The notes beneath the pieces were generated by a model, which was not told the DNA's origin, did no database searches, and saw only the letters and a program-made list of their open reading frames with translations. DNA of 63,808 nt, filler included. It is 6 parts of 6 records of this genome, joined end to end, with 100 filler letters (N's around TTAATTAATTAA, not from the genome) between each part and the next. Parts side by side here need not be neighbours in the genome. Positions count along the whole stretch, not along the records: positions 1 to 8,629 come from SRR31156797_20627; positions 8,730 to 18,543 come from SRR31156797_20651; 4 more parts are not named here. The stretch is one strand, 5' to 3'. Position 1 is the stretch's first letter, and each line of letters starts with the position of its first letter. Positions 1 through 10,670 of the stretch are shown piece by piece. A program made the translations under genes and the position numbers.

Positions 1-1
1 C

Positions 2-1678
2 TACAATAAAAACTACGAAAAAGATTATGTTGGTGTAACTTATGTGTATTCTTATGATGCTGGAAATAATGCATTTGTTCAGGAAAGAAATTCTCATTCT
101 TCCTCGCCACAACTGAATGTTGCCTTCAATCAGGGAAAATCACAAACCGCAAATCTTCGTTTAGCATATACAAAAACGATAAACGATGTGCATAATATCG
201 ATGCTTTTGTTGCTTACGAACAAAACAAAAGGCATATCGATATTTTAAGTGCTGGCAGAACACAATTCTTAAGTGGTGCCATTCACGAATTATTTGCCGG
301 AACAGCCGACAAGAATTACCAGACAAACGACGGTTCTGCTTTTGAATCGGCACGTCAGAATTATTTTGGCCGTATTCAATACGACTATGCCAACAAATAT
401 TTGTTCCAGTTCCAATTAAGAAGAGATGGTTCACAAAATTTTGCTTCAGATAAACGCTGGGGATGGTTCCCGGGAGTTTCTGCCGGTTGGACAATTACCG
501 AAGAATCGTTTATGGAAGGATTGGGTTCACTAGATTTTCTTAAACTCCGTGGTTCGTGGGGACAGTTGGGTAACGACAATGTAGATGCTTTCCAATATTT
601 AACAGCATATTCTTACGGAGATAACTATGTTTTTGGCGGAACTACATCTCAAGGCCTTATTCAAAGCGGTGTTCCAAATCCAAATATCACCTGGGAAATT
701 GCCGAAACAACCGATATTGGGTTGGAAGCACGTATGTGGGGCGGCAAATTAGGTATGGACATAGATGTGTTCAAAACAACAAGAAGTAATATTCTGGCAA
801 CTCGTAACGCATCAGTTCCATTATACACCGGTTTACAATTACCAGACGAAAATATAGGAATTGTAGAAAATAAAGGGCTAGAACTGATGTTGACCAACCG
901 GGGTGAGATTGGAAGCGATTTAAAATATTCACTTTCCGGAAACTTTACTTATGTAAAAAACAAGGTAATCGATATCGACGAGGCTCCAATGAGTGAAGAT
1001 TATCAGTTACAAACCGGTAAACCAATTGGTGCACCTCTTTTATATGAAGTAATTGGTATTTTTAAAGATGAAGCAGATTTGGCTTCTTATCCTGCACGTC
1101 CGGGAGCTATTCCAGGCGACCTTAAAATCAGGGATGCAAATGACGACGGTGCAATAAATTCATTGGATCAGGTTCGTCAGGATATAACATCAAGCCCTGA
1201 AATTGTTTTTGGATTTAACACAAATCTTGAATATAAAAATTTCGAATTAAACTTAAGTTTTCAGGGACAAACAAGAGTTATGGTACAATCGCTGTCGGTA
1301 CTTCCATACGATCCTTCAGCATGGGGTAACTTTAATGCCTGGGTATTGGAAGATGGCTGGAGTTTTGATAATACTGATGCAACCAAACCAAGACCCGGAC
1401 TAGGATTTTTCAATGGTTGGGCAGGTACCGATTTTATTTATCGAAATGGTACTTTCGTAAGATTAAAAAATGCTGAAATAGCTTATAATGTTCCTAAATC
1501 GGCGCTCCAGAACCTGGGAATAAGCGCTTGCAGAATTTACATTTCGGGGTATAACTTATTTTTAATTGATGGCGATGACCTAAAAGAGATTGGCGCCGAT
1601 CCGGAATTAAATTTTGGTTTTGCAAGACCGGTTTCACCTGAACGTATTATTAATCTTGGTTTTAATTTAACTTTCTAA
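2..1678 (+). CDS. susC: SusC/RagA-family TonB-dependent outer membrane transporter (5' partial)
   Basis: Frame is open from the window edge. SusC motifs RRDGSQNF, WGWFPGVSAGW, LKLRGSWG, NPNITWE and PGDLKIRDANDDG; C-terminal Phe; directly followed by susD. Confidence 0.95.
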   Translation, partial: YNKNYEKDYVGVTYVYSYDAGNNAFVQERNSHSSSPQLNVAFNQGKSQTANLRLAYTKTINDVHNIDAFVAYEQNKRHIDILSAGRTQFLSGAIHELFAGTADKNYQTNDGSAFESARQNYFGRIQYDYANKYLFQFQLRRDGSQNFASDKRWGWFPGVSAGWTITEESFMEGLGSLDFLKLRGSWGQLGNDNVDAFQYLTAYSYGDNYVFGGTTSQGLIQSGVPNPNITWEIAETTDIGLEARMWGGKLGMDIDVFKTTRSNILATRNASVPLYTGLQLPDENIGIVENKGLELMLTNRGEIGSDLKYSLSGNFTYVKNKVIDIDEAPMSEDYQLQTGKPIGAPLLYEVIGIFKDEADLASYPARPGAIPGDLKIRDANDDGAINSLDQVRQDITSSPEIVFGFNTNLEYKNFELNLSFQGQTRVMVQSLSVLPYDPSAWGNFNAWVLEDGWSFDNTDATKPRPGLGFFNGWAGTDFIYRNGTFVRLKNAEIAYNVPKSALQNLGISACRIYISGYNLFLIDGDDLKEIGADPELNFGFARPVSPERIINLGFNLTF

Positions 1679-1689
1679 ACTGGAATCTC

Positions 1690-3297
1690 ATGAAAAAAAT
1701 AATATTATTCTTTACAATAAGTATTTTTCTTTTTGGGTGTAACGACGATATACTGGAATTAACACCACTCGACAGAATTTCAGAAAGCGCTGTCTGGAAT
1801 GATGAGAACTTGCTACAGGCATATGTAAGTGCACAATATAATGTAATTCAAACCGGATGGGCCGATAATTTATCGCATTATACCGGAGAAGCACACCACC
1901 ACTCCCTCCCGGGAAACATGGATGGTTTTAGATTAAATTCTATCTCTCCTTCCAATGTTGATATTGCCAATGTTTTAAATTTCTGGGAAGATGCGTACAG
2001 TTATTTGTACAACATTAACAACTTCTTTTCGAATATTGAATCCTCAACAGTTCCTGAAAGTGTGAAGGAATCTTTATCAGGCGAAATGAGATTTATCCGT
2101 GCATATATTTATACAACCTTGTTATACAGTTATGGCGGAGTTCCTATAATTGACAAAGTTTTTGACTTAAATGAAGAGTTAACCGGTATAACCCGCGATA
2201 ATTATGAAGATGTACGCGATTATATCCTCACCGATTTAAACTATATTATTGCTAATTTCCCTGACCAACAAACAGGATCTGCCGCAGGCAGGGCAAGTGC
2301 CGATGTTGCCAGGGCAGTGAAATCGGGTTTATTGTTGTACGATGCAAGCGCCTTAAACAACCCATCGGGCGACCAAAATAAATGGCAGGCTGCTTCCGAT
2401 GCAGCAAAAGAACTAATAAACAGTGCGAGATATTCTTTATATCCCGATTATGGTGAATTGTTTTTAATTGATGGCAATTCCGAAATTATATGGCAAACTT
2501 ACTATACACCGGAAATAGGTCATAATTTCCCATTTCAAAGTTCATCACCATCACACGGGGGCTGGGGATTTTTAACACCTACACAAAACCTGGTAGATGC
2601 GTATGAAATGGATAATGGTGAAATGCCTTATCTGGAAGACGGATCAGTTAATCCGGCTTCAGGATTTGATCCTGATCAATTCTGGATTGACAGAGATCCC
2701 CGCTTTTACGAAGTTGTTTCGTACCCGGGATTTATTTTTGCCGGTCAGGAAATCGTTTTTTACGATGGTTATAAAGGGAATCAGGATCTTACAAGAACAG
2801 GCTATTACAACCATAAGTTTCTTGATCCAAATGCACCAATTGCAAATACAGAAAATTTTACAACACCGTGGATTCATTACCGCTTAGCAGAAATCTACCT
2901 GAATTATGCCGAAGCAGAATATCATTTAGGAAATGAAAGTATTGCAATTGAATATGTCAACAAAGTAAGAGTACGAGCCGGAATGCCCGATTTAGACGAA
3001 TCTTTATCCGGAGAAGAATTACTTGATAAAATTTATCATGAGCGTAAAATTGAATTGGTTCATGAAAATAAAACATACTACGACATCAGAAGAACAAAAA
3101 CTGCCCCGGAAGAAATGATTATCCCGATTATCGGAAATTCCGACGGCACACCTGTTTCTGAAGACAATACGTGGGTTTATCACAGAGAAGAATTACTACC
3201 TGGTTTTTGGAAAGATAAGTTTTATTATACACCAATCCCTTATGAAGAAATTCAACGAAGTGGAGGAAGTTTAGTACAAAACCCGGAATGGGAATAG
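1690..3297 (+). CDS. susD: SusD/RagB-family glycan-binding lipoprotein
   Basis: Lipobox LFGC; motifs GEMRFIRAY, YGGVPI, RDPRF, RLAEIYLNYAEA and ERKIEL; ends LVQNPEW. Confidence 0.95.
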   Translation: MKKIILFFTISIFLFGCNDDILELTPLDRISESAVWNDENLLQAYVSAQYNVIQTGWADNLSHYTGEAHHHSLPGNMDGFRLNSISPSNVDIANVLNFWEDAYSYLYNINNFFSNIESSTVPESVKESLSGEMRFIRAYIYTTLLYSYGGVPIIDKVFDLNEELTGITRDNYEDVRDYILTDLNYIIANFPDQQTGSAAGRASADVARAVKSGLLLYDASALNNPSGDQNKWQAASDAAKELINSARYSLYPDYGELFLIDGNSEIIWQTYYTPEIGHNFPFQSSSPSHGGWGFLTPTQNLVDAYEMDNGEMPYLEDGSVNPASGFDPDQFWIDRDPRFYEVVSYPGFIFAGQEIVFYDGYKGNQDLTRTGYYNHKFLDPNAPIANTENFTTPWIHYRLAEIYLNYAEAEYHLGNESIAIEYVNKVRVRAGMPDLDESLSGEELLDKIYHERKIELVHENKTYYDIRRTKTAPEEMIIPIIGNSDGTPVSEDNTWVYHREELLPGFWKDKFYYTPIPYEEIQRSGGSLVQNPEWE

Positions 3298-3306
3298 TTT
3301 AGTTAA

Positions 3307-3337
3307 GTAAGGGTAAGACTTTTAGTCTTACTCTTAC
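3307..3337 (+). terminator. Stem-loop after susD (terminator or mRNA-stabilising hairpin)
   Basis: GTAAGGGTAAGACT-TTT-AGTCTTACTCTTAC: 14-bp stem with one G-U pair. Confidence 0.6.
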
Positions 3338-3422
3338 ATTTATATATAGAATTTTATTGGATATAATAAATGGAAAAAGGCGACAATCTTTCTTACAAAA
3401 CTCTAAATAAAAATACTCCAGC

Positions 3423-4214
3423 ATGAAAATGTTTTCAACAATACTTCTTGCCCTTTGTACAATTCTATACACTAAGGCACAAATCATTATAAAGGAAATA
3501 CCCGACAAACTGGTGGTCTTTACTTTCGATGATGCAACAGAGAGTCAATATTCTGTTGTTGCCCCTCTTTTAAAAAAATATGGCTTTAACGCAACCTTTT
3601 TTGTTTGCGAATTTCCTACGAATTCTCCCAATAGATCGGCATATATGAATTGGCAACAAATTGCAGAGCTGGATAAAATGGGATTTGAAATTGCCAACCA
3701 CACCAAAGACCATCCTATGCTCCCAAAATTGTCCCTTAGTGAGGTAGGATATCAACTAAATTATATTGATAATAAATGCGATTCTATGAATATCGCAAAA
3801 CCTGTAACTTTTGCATACCCCGGTTATGGTTTGGATTCAACTATTGTTGATTACCTGAAAAAAGGAAATTACAAATTTGCACGTGCCGGTGGCAATCGTC
3901 CGTACAATCCGTTGATTGATCATCCGCTTTTGGTTCCCAGTTGGGCAATGACATCGGAAAATAAGGAACAAATCATGAATGCCTTTGAAGAAGCAAAAAA
4001 TGGAAAAATTGTTGTTCTTACCATTCATGGTGTTCCCGACATTGAACATCCGTGGGTAAACACTCCCCCCGATTTATTCCGTGAATACCTGGAATACCTT
4101 CATAAAAATAACTACTCCGTTATTTCGCTTAAAGATTTAACAACTTTTATCGATGCTGAAGAAGCACTAAAACTCATTAAACCCGATTTTAAACGACAGG
4201 TTCAAAATTATTAA
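3423..4214 (+). CDS. Polysaccharide deacetylase (NodB/CE4-like), secreted
   Basis: TFDD, EIANHTKDH and FAYPG motifs; N-terminal signal peptide. Confidence 0.85.
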   Translation: MKMFSTILLALCTILYTKAQIIIKEIPDKLVVFTFDDATESQYSVVAPLLKKYGFNATFFVCEFPTNSPNRSAYMNWQQIAELDKMGFEIANHTKDHPMLPKLSLSEVGYQLNYIDNKCDSMNIAKPVTFAYPGYGLDSTIVDYLKKGNYKFARAGGNRPYNPLIDHPLLVPSWAMTSENKEQIMNAFEEAKNGKIVVLTIHGVPDIEHPWVNTPPDLFREYLEYLHKNNYSVISLKDLTTFIDAEEALKLIKPDFKRQVQNY

Positions 4215-4215
4215 A

Positions 4216-5109
4216 ATGAAAACATTATTTTTTTTATTTCTACTTGCAACAATCCAGGTTTCAGCACAACAAATTATTCCCCTTTACGAGGGCACAGCTC
4301 CAGGCGCAGAAGATTGGAATTACAAAGAAATTGAATATACAAATCCCGGAAACGGTAAAAAAATGATCAGAAATGTGGTAAATCCCACGTTGGAGGTTTT
4401 TCTTCCTGAAAAATCAGAAGCCAACGGTTCGGCGGTTATAATTTGCCCGGGAGGAGGATTTGTTTGGCTCTCGTACCAGAGTGAAGGTACTGAAGTTGCC
4501 AAATGGCTGGCCCAAAATGGTGTTGCTGCATTTGTGCTGAAATACCGGTTAAACCATACTCCTGAAGGGGAAAAAGAATTTGGTGAATTTATTACCGCTT
4601 TCTTTTCACGCATGATGGGCTCTTCTGCTGAAAATGAAGAGGAAGAGTTCTCCGGTATTCAGGAAACCGACCGTACAATTTTAGCAGGCCGGGACGGACT
4701 AAAAGCAGTGGAATATGTTCGTAATAATGCTGAAGACTATGCCATAAATCCAGATAAAGTGGGAATTATGGGTTTCTCGGCCGGAGCTGCTGTAACAATA
4801 GATGTGATACTAAATTCTTCTTCGGAAAATCAACCCAACTTTGCAGCGCCTGTTTATGGTGGATGGCTGGGAGATTCAAAAGTACCTGAAAATGCGCCGC
4901 CACTTTTCGTACTGGCTGCCGCCGATGACCCAATTTCTGCGCGGTGCCCTGATTTATATAACGCATGGAGAGATGCCGGATTACAAGCCGAACTTCATAT
5001 TTATTCGAAAGGTGGACACGGATTTGGAATGGATAAAAACAATCTTCCCGTTGATAATTGGATAGAAAGATTTTACGAATGGCTGGAAATAACCATTGTA
5101 AAAGATTAA
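4216..5109 (+). CDS. Secreted alpha/beta-hydrolase (carbohydrate esterase-like)
   Basis: ICPGGG oxyanion motif, GFSAG nucleophile elbow, DDP and GGHGFG catalytic His; signal peptide. Confidence 0.85.
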   Translation: MKTLFFLFLLATIQVSAQQIIPLYEGTAPGAEDWNYKEIEYTNPGNGKKMIRNVVNPTLEVFLPEKSEANGSAVIICPGGGFVWLSYQSEGTEVAKWLAQNGVAAFVLKYRLNHTPEGEKEFGEFITAFFSRMMGSSAENEEEEFSGIQETDRTILAGRDGLKAVEYVRNNAEDYAINPDKVGIMGFSAGAAVTIDVILNSSSENQPNFAAPVYGGWLGDSKVPENAPPLFVLAAADDPISARCPDLYNAWRDAGLQAELHIYSKGGHGFGMDKNNLPVDNWIERFYEWLEITIVKD

Positions 5110-5155
5110 CCCAATTTAAAAAATAAAAAATCATAATAAAATTATACCTGAAAAA

Positions 5156-8100
5156 ATGAAACGACGAAACTTTATAAAAACAACAGGTGCAGCCGGTGCA
5201 GTATTTTGCATGCTCACACCTCAAACAATAAAAGCATTTACAGATGGTAATTTTTCCGGATTAGAAAACAGTTTTGTTAATCCGCTAAAATCGGATGGCC
5301 CCTGGGCGGTTTGGCACTGGACATCGGCCAACCAAACAAAAGAAGGTGTTAAAAGCAACCTCGAAGGAATGGCTGAGGTTGGAATTGCTAGAGCCACCTT
5401 ATTCAGTTTCCCTCCTGGCGATGGTTTTCGGGGAAACACTGTGCTTGAAAATCCGGCGGCACCTCTTACTCCAGAATGGTTCGACTTAATGAACTATGCC
5501 GTTACTGAAGCCGGACACCTTGGAATTGAACTGGCTATTCAGATTTCTGCCGGTTGGGCAACTGCAGGAGGGTCATGGGTAAAACCCGAAGAATCGCAGC
5601 AACAAATTGTTTTTACCGAAGATACTTTTGAAGGTGGGAAAAAATACACCGGAAAACTGGAAAGACCACATATGCCACCAGCAAGTGAGTTTGGTCGCCG
5701 GAGTGAACCGATTCCTGAAAAATGGAGCAGTTACTATCGCGAGTTGGCTGTTTTGGCTTTCCCCGTGCCTGAAGACTGGGATAAAACAAATCTTACAGAA
5801 AATGCAAAAGTTACCTCAAACCTTGCCATAAGTGATTTTAACAAATTAACCAATCTTCAGAACAGTGAAAATGTATTAAATACAACAAATGCCGGCTGGA
5901 TTCAATTTGCTTTCGATGAGCCCTTTACACTTCGAACTATCACTATGAATCCGGGTAGTTACAACATGCCTGCTCATAGCATGGAAGTTCATGCAAGTGA
6001 TAATGGAGAATCGTTTCAAAAGATTGGAGAATTGGAACCGATGATGAACAGCTGGCAATCGACTGTTAATGAATTAACGCATGTAGTTCCGGAAACAAAA
6101 GCAAAATATTTTAGACTTGTATATAATCCAACAGCACCAAAAGCATACGATGAAGGCTGGTGTAATGGAACATACCGGGGGCCCAACCGAAGAGGATTTG
6201 GTGCATCAACAAATGCTGAATCCCAAATTGATCCCAGTACACCTATGACTGAAAGGATCGATCCAATTACGATTCGTTGCATAGAATTATCAAGTACGCC
6301 AAGAGTTCATCATTTTGCAGGAAAAACAGCCACCACCTGGGGATATAGCCGTCGTATAACTAACGAAGAAATGCCCGAAAGTGCTTGTTTAAAAACCAGT
6401 TCGATAATTAACCTGACTGAGAAATTAAAAGATGATGGTTCGATCGAAAACTGGACTCCGTCAAAAGGAAAATGGAAAATCCTGAGGATGGGATATACAA
6501 CAACCGGAAAAACCAATGGCACAGGAGAAGGACAAGGACTTGAAACCGATAAATTAAGCCCTGTTGGTGCCAGAGTTTCATTTAATGGCTGGTTCAAAAA
6601 AATTCTTGACCATGTGGGCCCGCGACTTTCGGGAAATGTAATAAAATCATTGAATTTCGACAGCTGGGAATGTCGAGCACAAAACTGGTCACCGATTTTT
6701 GCTGAAGAATTTAAAATGAGAAGAGGTTATAATGCCCTCGACTATTTACCTGTAATGGCCGGTATACCTATAGAAAGTGCCGATGTAACTGAAGGCTTTT
6801 TGTTTGACCTGCGAAGAACCATTGCTGATATGATAAGTGAAAACTTTATGGGAACGCTTAAGAAATTAGCACATGCACATGGTACTACAATTACACAAGA
6901 AGCGCAGCATCCTGCTTTGGCTGCCGATGGTATTTATGGACATAAATTTGTTGACGACACTGCCGGAGAATTCTGGGTAAATGTACAAAATAACTGGAAA
7001 CCCTGCGATATTGCCGATGCCGTAAGTGGTCAGCGCATCTATGGAAAAGGCCTTGCAGTTGCCGAGGCATTTACTGGTGGTGGATCGTGGAAGGAAAATC
7101 CTTATGATTTAAAAGCCATGGGAGACATGCATTTTGTAGATGGCATTACTAAAATGATGCTTCATTTATGGGCAGCACAACCCTACCCCGATCGCCTGCC
7201 GGGACAAACAGGGGCTGCCGGTACATATTTCAACGAAAACAACACCTGGATGATGAACGGAGGAAAAGCCTGGTTTGAATATATGAGCCGATGTCAGGCC
7301 CTGCTCCAACACAGCCATTCAGTTTCCGATGCACTTTATTTTGCTGGTGAAGATATTCCTTCAAGAGCATTAATTCAGCCAAAATATGGAAGTGCCTTTG
7401 TAACCGATCCTGCTCTTCCTGAAGGATATAAACACGACTCAATAAATCAGGAAGCCTTGTTAAACATGACAAGAGTGAAAAACGGAAGAATTATATTAGA
7501 TAGCGGAATGAGTTACCGGGTACTGGTATTACGTCCCGACAGGTTACTAACTCCACAGGTGGCAAATAAAATAAAAGAACTTGTTGCAGCTGGTGCCCAG
7601 TTAGTTGGACCAAAACCCATTGGTTCTCCAAGTCTTGAAATGTCAAATGACGCAAATCAACAGGTTAAAAAAGTAGCTGAAGAAGTTTGGGGAAATTTAA
7701 ACGGAACAACATTTACCGAAACAGTTTACGGCAAAGGACGTGTTTTCTGGGGAAAACCTATGGAAGATGTTATGAATGCTATTGCGGCTGATTCTGATGC
7801 TGTTTTCCTGAATCAACATGAAACCGAAACCGGAAAACCATTTAAAGCAACAGCTTTTCAACCCGACGGAATTAATGCAACAGCTATGGGGGCCGAACGA
7901 CAAGGTTGGGGATTTTTATGGAATCATCAAAAAGGTGATGAAGATTATGAATTTTACTTTATTTCAAACCAGGAACAAAAAGCATTATCGACAAATATTA
8001 GTCTTCGTATTCAAGGTAAAGTTCCTGAAATTTGGCATCCCGACACAGGAAAAATTGAAGATGCACCGATTTGGTTTGAAGAAAACGGAAGGACAATTAT

Positions 8101-8629
8101 TCCTATGGATTTTGATCCGGCTGAGTCTGTGTTTATTTTATTTCGCAAATCCGCAAAAAGTGTTGACCAGATAGTTGAAGTTACCGGAAATAACAAACTT
8201 AAATTAAAAGTTACAAATTCTGGTCTGGAAAAATGGGCTTCTGAAAATGGTCAGTGGAATCTTAAAACGAAGTCAGGACAAACAACTTCAATAATTGCAA
8301 ATGGAGTGCCTGCAGCAGTTTCTGTTGAAGGTGAATGGGATGTAACTTTCCCTCTTCTTTCAGGAAAAACGAAACAGGTTAAATTACCGCTTGGTTCTTG
8401 GACGGAGCAAAACGATGAAGAAATTAAATACTTTTCAGGAACAGCTGTTTATCAAAAAAATATTCAAATAAGTGAAGAACAGTTAGCCGAAAACCAAAAA
8501 ATTTTTCTTGATTTAGGCGTGGTGAAAGATATTGCTGAAATAAAAGTCAATAAAAAGAAACTGGGTATTGCATGGAAACCGCCATATTGTGCAGAAATAT
8601 CAGATATTGCTGTTGTTGGAGAAAACAAA
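5156..8629 (+). CDS. GH106-family alpha-L-rhamnosidase-like glycoside hydrolase, Tat-exported (3' partial)
   Basis: MKRRNFIK twin-arginine leader; GWATAGGSWV, GLETDKLS, DSWE, GEFW and AEAFT motifs. Runs into the linker. Confidence 0.85.
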
Positions 8630-8729
8630 NNNNNNNNNNNNNNNNNNNNNNNNNNNNNNNNNNNNNNNNNNNNTTAATTAATTAANNNNNNNNNNNNNNN
8701 NNNNNNNNNNNNNNNNNNNNNNNNNNNNN
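8630..8729. other. Artificial contig linker 1
   Basis: N-run + TTAATTAATTAA (stop codons in all six frames) + N-run; 100 bp. Confidence 0.99.
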
Positions 8730-8748
8730 ACGGAATTCATTCCGTAGT
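8730..8748. repeat. REP-like palindrome at contig end
   Basis: ACGGAAT-TC-ATTCCGT followed by AG, at the assembly break. Confidence 0.45.
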
Positions 8749-8767
8749 GGTTCAGTTATTTCGGTTT

Positions 8768-9208
8768 TTATTTATTTCGGTTTTTATATGCTTTACATGC
8801 TCCGGTTGACCACAATGCCCAGGCAATTAGTACAGGTTGAAAGAATAACCTGATAAAACGGGTCTTATCGGTATCTAAGCCAAAAGCATCTACTTTATTA
8901 ATGTACTGTGCAATATTTCCAGGGAAAATCAGGATAAAAAAGATAGCTGCGCTAAAACCAACCAGGGCTTTCCATTTGGGTAAGGCTATCAGCGATAGAC
9001 CCAAAGCTATTTCTACTACTCCCGATAGTAAAACAGTAACATCGTCGGGTATTGGAACCCAGTTAGGAACTTGGGCCACAAATTCCGCGCGAGCTACAGT
9101 TAAATGTGCATAGCCGGCATATGCAAGGGCAGCACCCAGCAATAATCTAAAAATACTTCTGAACCAATGTACTTTAACACCGTACGTCCAGTCAAATAGT
9201 TTATTCAT
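8768..9208 (-). CDS. DoxX-like membrane protein
   Basis: Four hydrophobic segments; SGVVEIALG, IFPGNI and RLFFQP motifs. Likely ATG start at 9208. Confidence 0.8.
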   Translation of the reverse strand: MNKLFDWTYGVKVHWFRSIFRLLLGAALAYAGYAHLTVARAEFVAQVPNWVPIPDDVTVLLSGVVEIALGLSLIALPKWKALVGFSAAIFFILIFPGNIAQYINKVDAFGLDTDKTRFIRLFFQPVLIAWALWSTGACKAYKNRNK

Positions 9209-9250
9209 GTCTTTTATTTTGATGAGCAAATTTAAATGTCGAATGCGATA

Positions 9251-9287
9251 CAAATGTAGTAAGTTTTATAAATATCGCAAGCGATAT
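9251..9287 (-). promoter_or_regulatory. Bacteroidota -7 promoter element plus palindromic operator for the DoxX-like gene
   Basis: TACATTTG (TAnnTTTG) on the minus strand at 9251-9258; perfect dyad ATATCGC-AA-GCGATAT at 9272-9287. Confidence 0.55.
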
Positions 9288-9658
9288 AAATAAATAATTT
9301 TCGCGAGATATTGATTTGTCGCTCTATTGTTGTTCTATTGCAATGTGTTTTCTTTTTTAAGGAAAGACTCGATGTACCTTTAATAGAGGCGAGAGAGCAC
9401 TATTCAAAGGTAAGTTTAATGGATATGCGGTATTATTTGGCTGTTGAAGATGTGGACATTAAGACTGTCGTGAAATTTTGGTTGGTTTGTTAAAGTTCAT
9501 GCTAAACGCAGGAATGTGTATATATTAATTATCGATCCTTTAGTCAGAATTTAACTGGAGCCATATTCATGAGAGCTTAACACTTGCTTTTGTGTATAGT
9601 ACCTTCAGTCTTTTCTCAATTAATAAGACTGAGAAATGAATACTACATTTTACAATAC

Positions 9659-9688
9659 AAAAACCACTCCTTATTGAGAAGTGGCTTT
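9659..9688 (-). terminator. Intrinsic terminator of the DUF6261-like gene
   Basis: Minus strand AGCCACTTCT-CAATA-AGGAGTGGTT followed by a T-run, about 25 bp after the stop. Confidence 0.7.
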
Positions 9689-9712
9689 ATTATAGCGGGG
9701 TGATATGTTTAC

Positions 9713-10441
9713 TTATTCTGATAATTCTTCTGGCTCCGTTTTTTTGCTTCGTTGTGCCACGGTATTGTTATAGCCATCAATTAGCTCCTCAAGGTTATTA
9801 ACCAATGTGCTCAGGGCATCCGATGGATTAATGACCATATAAGCGTTTATAAACTCATCTAAAATTTTGTATTTATTCAAGGCATCTTTTAGGAGTTCAG
9901 CAGTCTTTACCTGATCGTTATAATCTGCTTTTTCTTCTACCCTGTTTAAATATTGTGTATTAAACTGCTCATTAGTATTGGTCAAATGAGCCACAATATC
10001 ACTTAAACTTAATAATTCAATAGCATCTACAGCTTTCTGTTCCTGCAGGTCGTTACAAATGTTTTTTAGCACTGTAGTTTCTGCCTGGTAGTTCATTTTA
10101 TAAATGCCTTTCCCATATTTATCAATGGTGCGTAATACCATGCGGGCAGCCTTGGCCTTGGCTTCATCAAAATGATCGGTGTAGGCATCCGAAACTTTAC
10201 GCATCGTTTTAATATCATTGTCGCGTAAGTTATCCAGCTGCGATAATGTTAGTGTAAATTCGCTGGCCTGTGCCTGCTTAAAGCTGGTACTTAAGCGTTG
10301 GTTGGCCTGATTTAAATCATTTACCTGGTTTTCGATGTTTAAACTGCCTACATCTGCTTTTAAGCAAATGCTCACCACATCTTCTAAAAATTGTAGTTGT
10401 TCAGAATTTCTGAACCACGATAATCTAGGTTTATGTTCCAT
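9713..10441 (-). CDS. DUF6261-family (HagB/HagC-related) helical protein of unknown function
   Basis: 242 aa, amphipathic-helix pattern; RNSEQLQF, LSQLDNLRD and KYG..I..MNYQAET..L..I..DL patterns recognised as DUF6261-like. Confidence 0.75.
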   Translation of the reverse strand: MEHKPRLSWFRNSEQLQFLEDVVSICLKADVGSLNIENQVNDLNQANQRLSTSFKQAQASEFTLTLSQLDNLRDNDIKTMRKVSDAYTDHFDEAKAKAARMVLRTIDKYGKGIYKMNYQAETTVLKNICNDLQEQKAVDAIELLSLSDIVAHLTNTNEQFNTQYLNRVEEKADYNDQVKTAELLKDALNKYKILDEFINAYMVINPSDALSTLVNNLEELIDGYNNTVAQRSKKTEPEELSE

Positions 10442-10670
10442 TCTTTAGTTTTTATAGAACTCAATTGGTTAAAGTAACTACTCTAATCATTTGAGTTAAG
10501 AGGTTAAAAAAATTGTAACACCCCGCTTTTATTTCAGCGTTATTAGCTTTCAATTATTATGCTAAAATATGTATGATGTTATATCTAATTTAAGCTATAT
10601 AATTAAGAGGTAAAAGTTTGATATTGAAAATCAGGAGTTAAAGAACTGAAGATTGATGTAGTAAGGTATG

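Noticed and set aside
8674-8685. TTAATTAATTAA palindrome repeated five times in the window
   Set aside because: It is a synthetic six-frame stop linker embedded in Ns.
9311-9493. 60-aa plus-strand ORF
   Set aside because: TTG start, no recognisable motif and no supporting signals.
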